DNA of 32,000 nt from Candidatus Saccharimonadota bacterium (GTDB taxonomy: Bacteria; Patescibacteriota; Gracilibacteria; Absconditabacterales; Absconditicoccaceae): contig OZ246420.1 of the NCBI GenBank assembly GCA_965231145.1, positions 1,050,001-1,082,000 on the forward strand, given 5' to 3'. Both the position numbers and the translations under genes were made by a program. Position 1 is the stretch's first letter, and every line of letters begins with the position of its first letter. Shown piece after piece: positions 1 to 7,647 of this stretch. Below the pieces are notes generated by a model, which worked only from the letters and a program-made list of their open reading frames with translations, was not told where the DNA came from and searched no databases.

Positions 1-10
1 AGGCATAGAG

Positions 11-622
11 ATGATGCAAAAAGCCTGAGACGAAAAAGGTCTCGCAAAGGCAAGAAAAAGTTTTCTGTACATCCTCTTTGGATGTTTTCTTGTCTGGGGA
101 GTTACGTGGATTCTTGGAACAGCATTACAAATCGATACCGTTCAATGATCGCAGTGACTACTCAACAATCTGCAAAACAATGCACTGTTTCAGATATTAG
201 CCTTCCTGAAGGGTCTCGCATTCTTCTATGCAATCATCATGTTCATCTACTATGGCTTCCAATTTATGAGGGCACTCGAAGAAGAATCAAAGATCAAAGC
301 AGCAAGAACGGGTATCGTCAATGTGATCGTTGCTCTTATCCTCATCAAGATCATCGACTTCATCTACTATCTCGCACAGCAACAAAACTTCGCTTCTCAG
401 TTCCAAAACTTCCTCATCAACGCAGCAAGAATATCGGCGTATGTACTTGGATCTATCATGGTCATCATGCTGATCCGAGGGGGTGTCAAATATCTTACAG
501 CACAAGGAGATGAGGCAAAAGTGAAAGACGCACAGAAAATCATTACCACGAGTTTCTTTGTTATCCTTATTATCTTCTTATTCCTCCTTATAGCATATCA
601 AATTATTGCAGAATTTACCTAA
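11..622 (+). CDS. Multi-pass membrane protein with two TrbC/VirB2-like (T4SS-pilin-like) hydrophobic repeats; possibly 5' partial
   Basis: Frame 2 is open from base 2 to TAA 620-622 if TGA at 26, 146 and 155 are sense. Track ORF 239-622 is its C-terminal part. The pattern hydrophobic helix, charged loop (e.g. TAQGDEAKVKDAQK), hydrophobic helix occurs twice, resembling pilin-like proteins common in CPR. The family call is by eye only, and the start (ATG 11) cannot be distinguished from a gene continuing off the window. Confidence 0.4.
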
Positions 623-624
623 TT

Positions 625-679
625 AGCTAAAACCTTAAAACTAAAGACTGCTCTCAGTTTTGAGATTTAAGTTTTACCC
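625..679. repeat. Imperfect palindrome built from CTAA/TTAG-type words (second palindrome type, copy 1)
   Basis: agctaaaaccttaaaactaaagactg / cagttttgagatttaagttttaccc. By my alignment the arms are complementary at about 20 of 26 positions. It starts 2 nt after the stop at 620-622 and lies upstream of murF. Confidence 0.4.
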
Positions 680-708
680 TATCTGTATTTAATAGCTCGA
701 ATTTCTCG

Positions 709-2061
709 ATGAAAGATAAAATACTGAAATTATTCTATAAGCTACTGTGAGCGCTTGCTCGCCGTTATGTGAAAAAACGAAAACCTATCATCATCGGGAT
801 TAATGGAAGCGTAGGAAAAACGTCATGCAGGATGATCATCTCCGATATCTTGAAGAAATATGCACCAGACGATGTGATCTACACTTCTCCGAAAAATTTC
901 AATGGAGAACTATGAATGTCTCTTGCTATATTTAAAATTGAACACCGAGGCGCAAGTATAGGAGCTATGATTTCGGTTCTTTGTAAAACTATATGACTTG
1001 TTTATCTTTCATCTCGCAAGCCATATGACGTCACCATACTTGAATACGGTATAGACACCCCTGGTGAAATGTCCTTTCTAGTTTCTATCGTCAAACCACA
1101 CATCAGCGTTCTGACAAAAATAGACGCAGTACATTCTTTGCAATTTGGCGATCCTCAAGCGATCGCCAAAGAAGAAACAAAGTTACAGAAAGCGACACTT
1201 GAGACATGTATCATCAATCACGACGACGTCTATGGACGTCAATTACAATGAAAGACTGATGTCGACCTTCTTCGATATGACACAAACGAAACTGACAATA
1301 CAAACCTTACTATTCGCTATAATAATTACGAATTGGAGATGAACAAAAAGACACTTCAATCAGCATCTCACATGCATGTCGGCAAAAAGTCTCTTCGTGT
1401 CTCGACAAATATACTTGGGAAAAACAATCATGGCTATATTGCAGTGGGATTGGCTATAGCTGACATCGTCTCATATAAACTGCATGGCAAGGAGGCCATT
1501 CCGCAGACAGGAGATCTCTTCCTCGATCTCCATCTACAGTCGTGAAGAATGACAGTCTTTGAAGGGATACACAACAGCATCATCCTCGACAGTTCATATA
1601 ATGCCTCTCCTCTGAGCATGGAAGCGGCGATCAATGACACTTATCGCATCCAGCGTACTACTCTACCTGACTATAAAGTTATCCTCGTACTAGGAGACAT
1701 GCGTGAACTTGGTGAGCGAGAAGAAAAACATCATCGCGAACTTGCCGCATATCTTTCACAGTATGGCGACAGCATATTTCTTCTAGGAGCATCTACAGGA
1801 AAATATACAGTAGATGAACTACGCAAAATCTGACACGACATGAAAAACATTCACCACTTTATGCACTATGACACCCTGGGACAAGCAGTCAAAGATACGA
1901 TTGAAAAGCATCCTGATGATAATTTCCTTCTTCTGTTTAAATGAAGTCAAAATACTATCTTCCTTGAAGAGGCGGTAAAACATGTTCTTAAAAACAAGGA
2001 AGACGAAAAGAGACTGACCAGACAAGGAGCGTGGCGAGCAAGCAAGAAGCATATCGCCTAA
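709..2061 (+). CDS. murF: UDP-N-acetylmuramoyl-tripeptide--D-alanyl-D-alanine ligase (MurF)
   Basis: Track fragments 1069-1251, 1333-1545 and 1549-1833 plus flanks form one frame-1 reading from ATG 709 to TAA 2059-2061. This requires 7 in-frame TGA (748, 913, 994, 1249, 1543, 1831, 1942) to be Gly. Motifs: Mur-ligase P-loop GINGSVGKTS and MurF-type C-terminal DSSYNASP and VLGDMRELGE. Confidence 0.75.
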
Positions 2062-2151
2062 AATGGTGGTTACAATAAAGCATTAATATTGCATTAGAAC
2101 CAGCAGATCGCTATAGTTTCTTTTATATTTAATTTATATATCATTCTTTCC

Positions 2152-2460
2152 ATGAGAAAAATCGCTTTTTGGTTTATGATAGCTATCGTTATCTTTTTAG
2201 CTGTCGTACTTGTTGTGGCTGCACAAAAAAATACTTCTCCGAAGGCTCTCGTTCAAAGTTGGTTTACCAGTTCTCCTACTCAACCTATGGAGACCGAAGC
2301 ACAGAGAGCTAAACGCGAAGCAATCGAAGAAAAGCTGAAGAATATGCCTTCTCGCGAAGAGACAAGCGCTGCCGTTACTGTCAGCTCAACAGGAGAACTT
2401 TCCGCAAGCGATAAAGTACAAACTGAAGACTTTTTGAATAGCGTTATACAAACTCCTTAA
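2152..2460 (+). CDS. Hypothetical membrane-anchored protein (102 aa)
   Basis: Uninterrupted ORF ending in TAA. It has an N-terminal hydrophobic helix (FWFMIAIVIFLAVVLVVAA) followed by a charged, Ser/Thr-rich tail. No family recognised; not GatC-like. Confidence 0.5.
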   Translation: MRKIAFWFMIAIVIFLAVVLVVAAQKNTSPKALVQSWFTSSPTQPMETEAQRAKREAIEEKLKNMPSREETSAAVTVSSTGELSASDKVQTEDFLNSVIQTP

Positions 2461-2467
2461 TACTTAT

Positions 2468-2578
2468 AAAGTGTAACATAGTGTAAAGCTTCGCGTATAA
2501 TAGTGGTGTAATTTTGGGAAGCAACTATGGATACTACCTTACACTATATTACACTACTGTTACTCAATTTTACACAAC
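2468..2578 (+). promoter_or_regulatory. gatA upstream region: GTGTAA/TTACAC word palindrome enclosing a consensus -10 box
   Basis: GTGTAA occurs at 2471, 2481 and 2506, and TTACAC at 2539, 2549 and 2570. The 17-nt arms 2470-2486 and 2539-2555 are complementary with one mismatch. A perfect TATAAT (2496-2501) lies 17 nt after GTAACA (2473-2478), between the arms. AAGGA (2581-2585) precedes ATG 2589. Confidence 0.4.
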
Positions 2579-2588
2579 CCAAGGATAT

Positions 2589-4010
2589 ATGAGCCTCACG
2601 CTAAGACAATACATAGACTGAGTAGAAAACGGATCGCTACAGCCGCAGAGTGTAATTTCTGCATACTTGGAAAAAGCAAAGGAGCACTGCGGAAAGTGAA
2701 CAAACGCACTTATTTCTGTTACCGATGAATATGCAGCACAGCACCAAAAGGATGTTGTCACATGACCATTGCATGGGGCCCCTCTCATCATTAAAGACAT
2801 TATTCTTGTTGAAGGCACTCGTACTACATGTGCGTCAAAAATGCTAGAAGATTTTGTTGCGCCCTATACAGCCACATGTCGAAAAAGACTCGAGGAAAAA
2901 GGCGCAACGCTTATCGGCAAAGCGAATATGGACGAATTTGCGATGGGAAGTGGTAACGAAAATTCGTACTTCGGACCCGTGAAGAATATCTATGGAAACA
3001 ATAAGATCCCTGGTGGAACCTCAGGAGGGTCAGCTATCGCAGTAGCTGCAGATCTCTGCCTTGCTGCGCTCGGAACAGATACTGGTGGATCTGTCAGACA
3101 ACCAGCAGCCATGTGTAATATCGTTGGACTCAAACCAACATATGGAAGAATCAGCAGATATGGTGTCCAGTCTATGTCGTCGTCATTTGATCAGGTTGGC
3201 GTACTCACAAAAACCGTAGAAGATGCTGCAATCCTCTTGGATATCGTTGCATGAGCAGATGAGAATGATGCGACCAATGTTGCACAAGATGACCATGGTA
3301 CATGGTTTGAAGCACTCAAAAAAGATTCGCTGAAGTGAGTAAAAATCGCTGTATTAAATGAGTTTTTCGCCGAAGGCGTCGATCCCCTGATCGAAAAAAA
3401 GACTCGTGAAATGATAGCAAAGGCGGAAAAACTTGGAGCGACTATCGAATATATGAATTTTCCACTTTTACAATATGTTGTTCCTACCTACTATATCATC
3501 ACTCCTGCAGAAGCATCGACCAATCTTGCAAGATTTGATGGTATAAGGTATGGGCTACAGGATGATCCTAGTAATTTTGGATCTATCCATGATTATTATT
3601 CACATATCAGAGATCAAGGATTTGGCGATGAGGTGAAAAGAAGAATCTTAGTAGGAACCTATGTACTTTCTGCTGGTTACTATGATGCATATTACCGCAA
3701 AGCGCAGCAGGTCAGAAAAAAGATCAAAGATGCTTTCGATGTGCTCTTTCAAACATATGATGTAGTATTAGGCCCAACTTCTCCTGAGCTTGCATGGACT
3801 ATCGGCGAAAGACTCGACGATCCTATCAAGAACTATCTTGCAGACATCTATACAGTACCCGCAAGTCTCTGTGGTTATCCTGCCATCAACATTCCTGGTG
3901 GTATGGTTGAAAAAGACGGGGAACCATTTTCTGTGGGTATCCAACTCATGGCTCAGCAATGGCGCGAAGATGTCTTGTTTCATGTGGGAAATCTATTATA
4001 TACTAACTAA
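2589..4010 (+). CDS. gatA: Glutamyl-tRNA(Gln)/aspartyl-tRNA(Asn) amidotransferase subunit A (GatA)
   Basis: Track ORFs 2769-3254 and 3411-4010 plus the upstream segment are one frame with 5 in-frame TGA (2619, 2697, 2763, 3252, 3336). It carries the amidase signature [13 protein letters not shown] and has GatA-like N- and C-terminal regions. Ends TAA 4008-4010. Confidence 0.9.
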
Positions 4011-4012
4011 TT

Positions 4013-4078
4013 AGCGGTTAGATTATAGATATTAGATTGCAGTACCTTGCTAACATCTAATATCCAACTCTAAGTGCC
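4013..4078. repeat. TAGAT-word palindromic element, copy A (66 bp)
   Basis: agcggTTAGATtaTAGATatTAGATtgcagtaccttgctaacATCTAAtATCCAActCTAAgtgcc. It starts 2 nt after the gatA stop and ends 36 nt before the next start. It shares architecture and length with copies at 7567, 17183, 20177 and 29966. Confidence 0.85.
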
Positions 4079-4114
4079 AAAACTTTCTGCTTTAGTAATA
4101 TTAATACATATGAG

Positions 4115-4573
4115 ATGGCTAGCGTTATCGTTCACAACGGAGAACATTTCGAAAGAGGGAAACTCTGGTACGTTATATTTTCCCTGACGCTCGTAGCGCT
4201 CATCATCGCTTCAGTGCTTTTCGAGAACTTCTTCGGAGCCATCATCCTCTTCCTCCTCGTCGGAGGATATATCCTTTTCGCTCTTATGAGAAACAAGAAG
4301 ATCGTACTAACAACTTCTGACCAAGGATTGATCATAGGTGAAAAGATTATTTCCCGAATGCAGCTTGTAGGACGAACTATAGAGGCAGATGCTGCCACAG
4401 CAGAATGGAAAAATCTCGTTATTATAGCAAAAGCAGATAAATTCATCTTCACACTTGACGATACGAAAAACAACATAGACTATTTCTTGGCATCCATCAG
4501 CCAAAATGTGCCCATGGTAGAAAATGTTGCTTATTCATTTACCGAGAAACTTATCAGAAAACTAAAGTTGTAG
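4115..4573 (+). CDS. Hypothetical two-helix membrane protein (152 aa)
   Basis: Uninterrupted ORF ending in TAG. Two adjacent hydrophobic helices (about residues 18-60) are followed by a soluble domain of about 90 aa. No family recognised. Confidence 0.55.
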   Translation: MASVIVHNGEHFERGKLWYVIFSLTLVALIIASVLFENFFGAIILFLLVGGYILFALMRNKKIVLTTSDQGLIIGEKIISRMQLVGRTIEADAATAEWKNLVIIAKADKFIFTLDDTKNNIDYFLASISQNVPMVENVAYSFTEKLIRKLKL

Positions 4574-4710
4574 AATCTTGTCACAAAAGCATATATCGAT
4601 CGTATCCTATAGTAAGTGGTTAACATCCCCACTTAAATCAATCCCAAGAAACAACACTCAGGAAAATGATAGAGAAAACCTATAGGTCTCTATCATTTTT
4701 TTATATACGA

Positions 4711-4730
4711 AAAAGGGGCTCCCCCTTTCC
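4711..4730 (-). terminator. Putative intrinsic terminator after the small membrane-protein gene
   Basis: Minus-sense AAGGGG-gag-CCCCTT followed by TTT, beginning 4 nt after the TAG at 4734-4736. Confidence 0.5.
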
Positions 4731-4733
4731 TCT

Positions 4734-4892
4734 CTACTTTTCGCCACCAAATGGCTTGTCTCAGCGCATAAGTCTGACCGCAACCACTACCACTGCAATA
4801 ACCAGTAATATGTGGATAAGTGCTCCACCAACACTAAATAAGAGACATAAAATCCAGATAATAAACAATATAACCGCAACTGTATAGAGCAT
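4734..4892 (-). CDS. Lmo0937-family small membrane protein (52 aa if UGA is read through)
   Basis: Below the track's length cutoff. The minus-strand translation MLYTVAVILFIIWILCLLFSVGGALIHILLVIAVVVVAVRLMRGDKPFGGEK closely matches the lmo0937-type pattern (..GG.LIHILLVIAV...). There is one in-frame TGA near the C-terminus. Plus-strand ORF 4666-4887 is its antisense shadow. Confidence 0.6.
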
Positions 4893-5124
4893 ACAGGAAA
4901 ATAAGGAAATAAATACTTCCCTATGCCTACTCCTCTAGACAGATAAATCAAGACTAAACAGTCTACCCATCCCAGTTAGAATGATTTTTCTCAATGGATT
5001 ACTCTTAAAAGCACAAGAATAACTGAGATAGTGCAGAACCTAGAATATTAGTTAATATCTACATATCCTTTGACGATCGGAATGCACCTCAAAAAATCAT
5101 AAAATAAAGAGAAAAATGAAAAAA

Positions 5125-5535
5125 TTAGAATATTCCAGCTTCTATAAGTTCAGGAATTATTATATTTTTAGTGACTGCGAGAATCGGATATTTATTATCC
5201 TCAAATTCTTCCCTAGTTATCCAAACGAATGATTCAATTTCAGCAGCAGGGATTATTTGTCCTGAAATAGTTGCTATATAAACTCTTTGTATAGTCATGA
5301 CTGATTCAGGATTGAATGGAGATGGATTTACATACTCTTTAAAGAATATTGCACTTCCCATTTTTACTCCCAGTTCTTCCTTTAGCTCTCTTTCAAGACA
5401 TTGTTCGTCTGACTCTCCCTCATCAATCTTCCCTCATGGAGTCCGTAATTCCTCATATCCTCTTCATTTAAGGAGTAAGAGTCTACCATCTTGAATAATC
5501 ATTCCCGCTATCCTTGTTCTGTATATAAACACCAT
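5125..5535 (-). CDS. NUDIX hydrolase (136 aa)
   Basis: Track ORF 5125-5361 extends in frame to ATG 5535 through 2 TGA. It has a full Nudix box, GGKIDEGESDEQCLERELKEELGV, whose first Gly (P-G-G) is TGA-encoded. Confidence 0.8.
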
Positions 5536-5629
5536 ATTTTATTCTCAATAATAAATTAATAAACTCTTTTTATCTATCTAACAACGTTTAACAAATAAAA
5601 AAATAACAACATTGCTGCTGTTATTTTTT

Positions 5630-5701
5630 TGGGTCGGGAGGGGATCGAACCCTCGACCAGTGGCTTAAAAGGCCATTGCTCTACCACTGAGCTACCGACC
5701 C
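5630..5701 (-). tRNA. tRNA-Lys (anticodon UUU)
   Basis: Reverse complement: GGGTCGG TA GCTC AGTGGTA GAGC A ATGGC CTTTTAA GCCAC TGGTC GAGGG TTCGATC CCCTC CCGACCC A. This gives a clean cloverleaf. CCA is not encoded. Confidence 0.9.
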
Positions 5702-5778
5702 ACAAAGTATAAAGTCAAAAGTCCATAAAGTTAAAACTATTTATGAACTTTCTACTTTACAAACTTTATGAACTTCTT

Positions 5779-5967
5779 TTAGAGTTCAGCTTTATACTTC
5801 TTGTACATATTTGCAGCCATCTTGATCTTTACTTTTACTCCATCACCAAGATCTACCATCTTTGTAATGAGATTTGGCTTGAAGGTTCTTGAAGTGGCTC
5901 TCATAGAATGAGATCTGCTGTTTCCAAAAACTGTTTTCTTACCTGATATTTGACATACTCTTGCCAT
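5779..5967 (-). CDS. rpmB: 50S ribosomal protein L28
   Basis: [33 protein letters not shown] is a typical L28 N-terminus. The track ORF starts 10 codons upstream, so I trimmed it to ATG 5967. Confidence 0.9.
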   Translation of the reverse strand: MARVCQISGKKTVFGNSRSHSMRATSRTFKPNLITKMVDLGDGVKVKIKMAANMYKKYKAEL

Positions 5968-6003
5968 CTTTCGGTTGTATACTACGCAAAACTGCAAATA
6001 AAA

Positions 6004-6672
6004 TTATTTCTTTTCTTTATCTTGTTTGTTCTTTTCAGCTTCCGCAGCTCTTGCAGCAGCTTCTTCAGGAGTGAGTCCTGCTGTACCAGCAGCATTTTGT
6101 TCAGCGCCTGGTACTTCTTCCGGCTCATCTTCAAGAGCAACAACTGAAACGATAGGAAGATCTGCATCATCGATGATCTCAACCTTATCAGACACCTGAA
6201 GATCTCTCACGAAGATACCATCCTGAAGTGTTGCAAGCCCTGAAATATCAACTTTGATATCATGAGGAAGATCTCTTGGGAGAGCTTCTACCGTCACATG
6301 ATCTTTCACAAGCTGTACTCTACCGAGTCCATCTTTTTCAGCTGGAGATGTTCCAATCATCATAATAGCAACAGATGCTTGTACTTTTTCATCGGCTTTT
6401 ACCGCGAGAAAGTCAACATGCGTTACCATATCAGTAACAGGATCTACATCTATCTGATGAATAAGTACCAAATGAGTTTCATCACCAGTAAGATCTACTG
6501 GAGTTGATTCACCCGCATGCTTATATGCTCTCAAAAAACTATTTTTATCAAACTGTACTACTGCTGGAGCAGAAAGATGCTTTCCATATACCACACCAGG
6601 TATGATGCTCTCTTTTCTCAGAGTGTGCACCTTCTTTCACGTCAATGTACGCTTTGCTACTATAAGTTCCAT
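6004..6672 (-). CDS. rplY: 50S ribosomal protein L25/general stress protein Ctc
   Basis: Track ORF 6004-6630 extends in frame to ATG 6672 (MELIVAKRTLTGKKVHTLRKE...) through one TGA (6637-6639). The core is L25/Ctc-like and the tail is acidic, Ala- and Lys-rich. Confidence 0.85.
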
Positions 6673-6700
6673 AGTATAATGACTGTAACCAAAGATAAAA

Positions 6701-7072
6701 TTATTTTGCTAGGAGGTTCGTATCTTTACGATCAGACGTGATCTTGCTTTTGAATTTTGCATCCTTACCTACCTTATCTCTAATGTAGTAGAGCTTCGTT
6801 CTTCTTGTTTTGTACTCATCGAGAAGAATCACTTTTTCAAATTTTGGAAATGACAAAGGATATATTTTTTCGATAGTATGACCAGCAACAGATCCTCTAA
6901 TAGTAAAGGTTCCATCTGGATGTGCAGGTTTTCGCACCTTCACCACAAGTCCCTTAAATTTCCATATTCTATCACCCATTTTTTCATGTATTTCAAGATG
7001 CTGTCCTGTCTTTATAGCAGGAATAGCATATCATTTTGCTTCATATATTGTCTGTAATCTTTGAAAATCCAT
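6701..7072 (-). CDS. rplS: 50S ribosomal protein L19
   Basis: Track ORF 6701-6979 extends in frame to ATG 7072 through one TGA (7031-7033). L19-like: ...GDRIWKFKGLVVKV...TFTIRG...IEKIYPLSFP. Confidence 0.9.
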
Positions 7073-7106
7073 GGTAGTCACCAAGTGTTAATAAAGGTAA
7101 ATAATA

Positions 7107-7271
7107 CTAGAGAGCCGTAGACGTCTGTGATCTTGCTTTTGAATTAATCACCTTCGCTTTCCATTTCTTCTGTTGCTCAAGGTTTTTTCTTGTGTCCATG
7201 ATCACAACCTTCTCTACTCTTACCAAGGCTTTGTTAAGCTTTTTCTTGGCGTTTGTTTTTAATCTTGACAT
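7107..7271 (-). CDS. Hypothetical small basic protein (54 aa)
   Basis: Below the track cutoff; ATG 7271 to TAG 7107-7109. Translation: MSRLKTNAKKKLNKALVRVEKVVIMDTRKNLEQQKKWKAKVINSKARSQTSTAL. It is Lys-rich and fills the gap between two genes on the same strand. No family recognised. Its 3' end carries the 19-nt repeat also found in rplS. Confidence 0.3.
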   Translation of the reverse strand: MSRLKTNAKKKLNKALVRVEKVVIMDTRKNLEQQKKWKAKVINSKARSQTSTAL

Positions 7272-7286
7272 AATAGAATCGCCCGA

Positions 7287-7538
7287 TTAGTGAGATAAAA
7301 CTCCTTTTCTTTCTATAGCTTTTTGCACCATTGCATCAGAGATACCCATACTTTTGAGTCTCGCATCAATTTTCTGCATCGCATTGATAATCCACTTTGT
7401 TTCCCCTTCTTTCTCTTTTCTTTTCAACAAAGCGATCTTCTGTTCAACAGCTTTTTTACTCTTCTCGCCAGATTTTACTCTTGCTCTGTTGAAGTTATAT
7501 AAGACGTGATTGTAATCTGATCTATTACACTTACCCAT
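7287..7538 (-). CDS. Hypothetical small basic protein (83 aa)
   Basis: Uninterrupted track ORF ending in TAA. It is Lys/Glu-rich and has no recognisable r-protein signature. Confidence 0.45.
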   Translation of the reverse strand: MGKCNRSDYNHVLYNFNRARVKSGEKSKKAVEQKIALLKRKEKEGETKWIINAMQKIDARLKSMGISDAMVQKAIERKGVLSH

Positions 7539-7566
7539 TTTTACTTATAAGCTAATAAAACTTATC

Positions 7567-7633
7567 AGCAGTTAGATGTTGTGTTTTAGATATTGGCATC
7601 TTGCGAACATCTAAAATCTATAATCTAATTGCT
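7567..7633. repeat. TAGAT-word palindromic element, copy B (67 bp)
   Basis: agcagTTAGATgttgtgttTTAGATattggcatcttgcgaacATCTAAaATCTAtaATCTAAttgct. It lies 14 nt below the rpsG stop and 28 nt above the start at 7538. Confidence 0.85.
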
Positions 7634-7647
7634 ATTTCGTTAGGGAG

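Noticed and set aside
82-513. Track ORFs overlapping or antisense to better genes, e.g. 82-513, 287-505, 1434-1640, 3768-4014, 4132-4504, 9586-10104, 11379-11988, 11856-12194, 13520-13834, 20344-20721, 21535-22149, 23362-23673, 25851-26108 and 30267-31262.
   Set aside because: They are shadow ORFs in alternative frames of confidently identified genes. Their composition is odd (Cys/Ser/Leu-rich, low complexity) and none has a recognisable family.
2468-2588. A T-box or known riboswitch in the gatA leader.
   Set aside because: No T-box consensus, specifier-loop context or other riboswitch core that I recognise is present. It is reported only as an unexplained word palindrome.
709-4010. murF and gatA (and likewise rseP, tatD, the exonuclease, the methyltransferase and others) look like strings of pseudogene fragments in the ORF track.
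   Set aside because: All fragments of each gene are in one frame. The only interruptions are TGA, and they fall on conserved glycines. This is genetic code 25, not gene decay.
4666-4887. A plus-strand 73-aa ORF in the 4.6-4.9 kb gap.
   Set aside because: It is antisense to a much better minus-strand reading, the lmo0937-family small membrane protein.
5702-5778. Direct repeat TTTATGAACTT (two copies) and inverted repeat CATAAAGTT/AACTTTATG between rpmB and tRNA-Lys.
   Set aside because: The stem is short and AT-rich, with a loop of more than 30 nt. It is probably just the rpmB 3' region or tRNA promoter context, and there is not enough evidence to call a feature.
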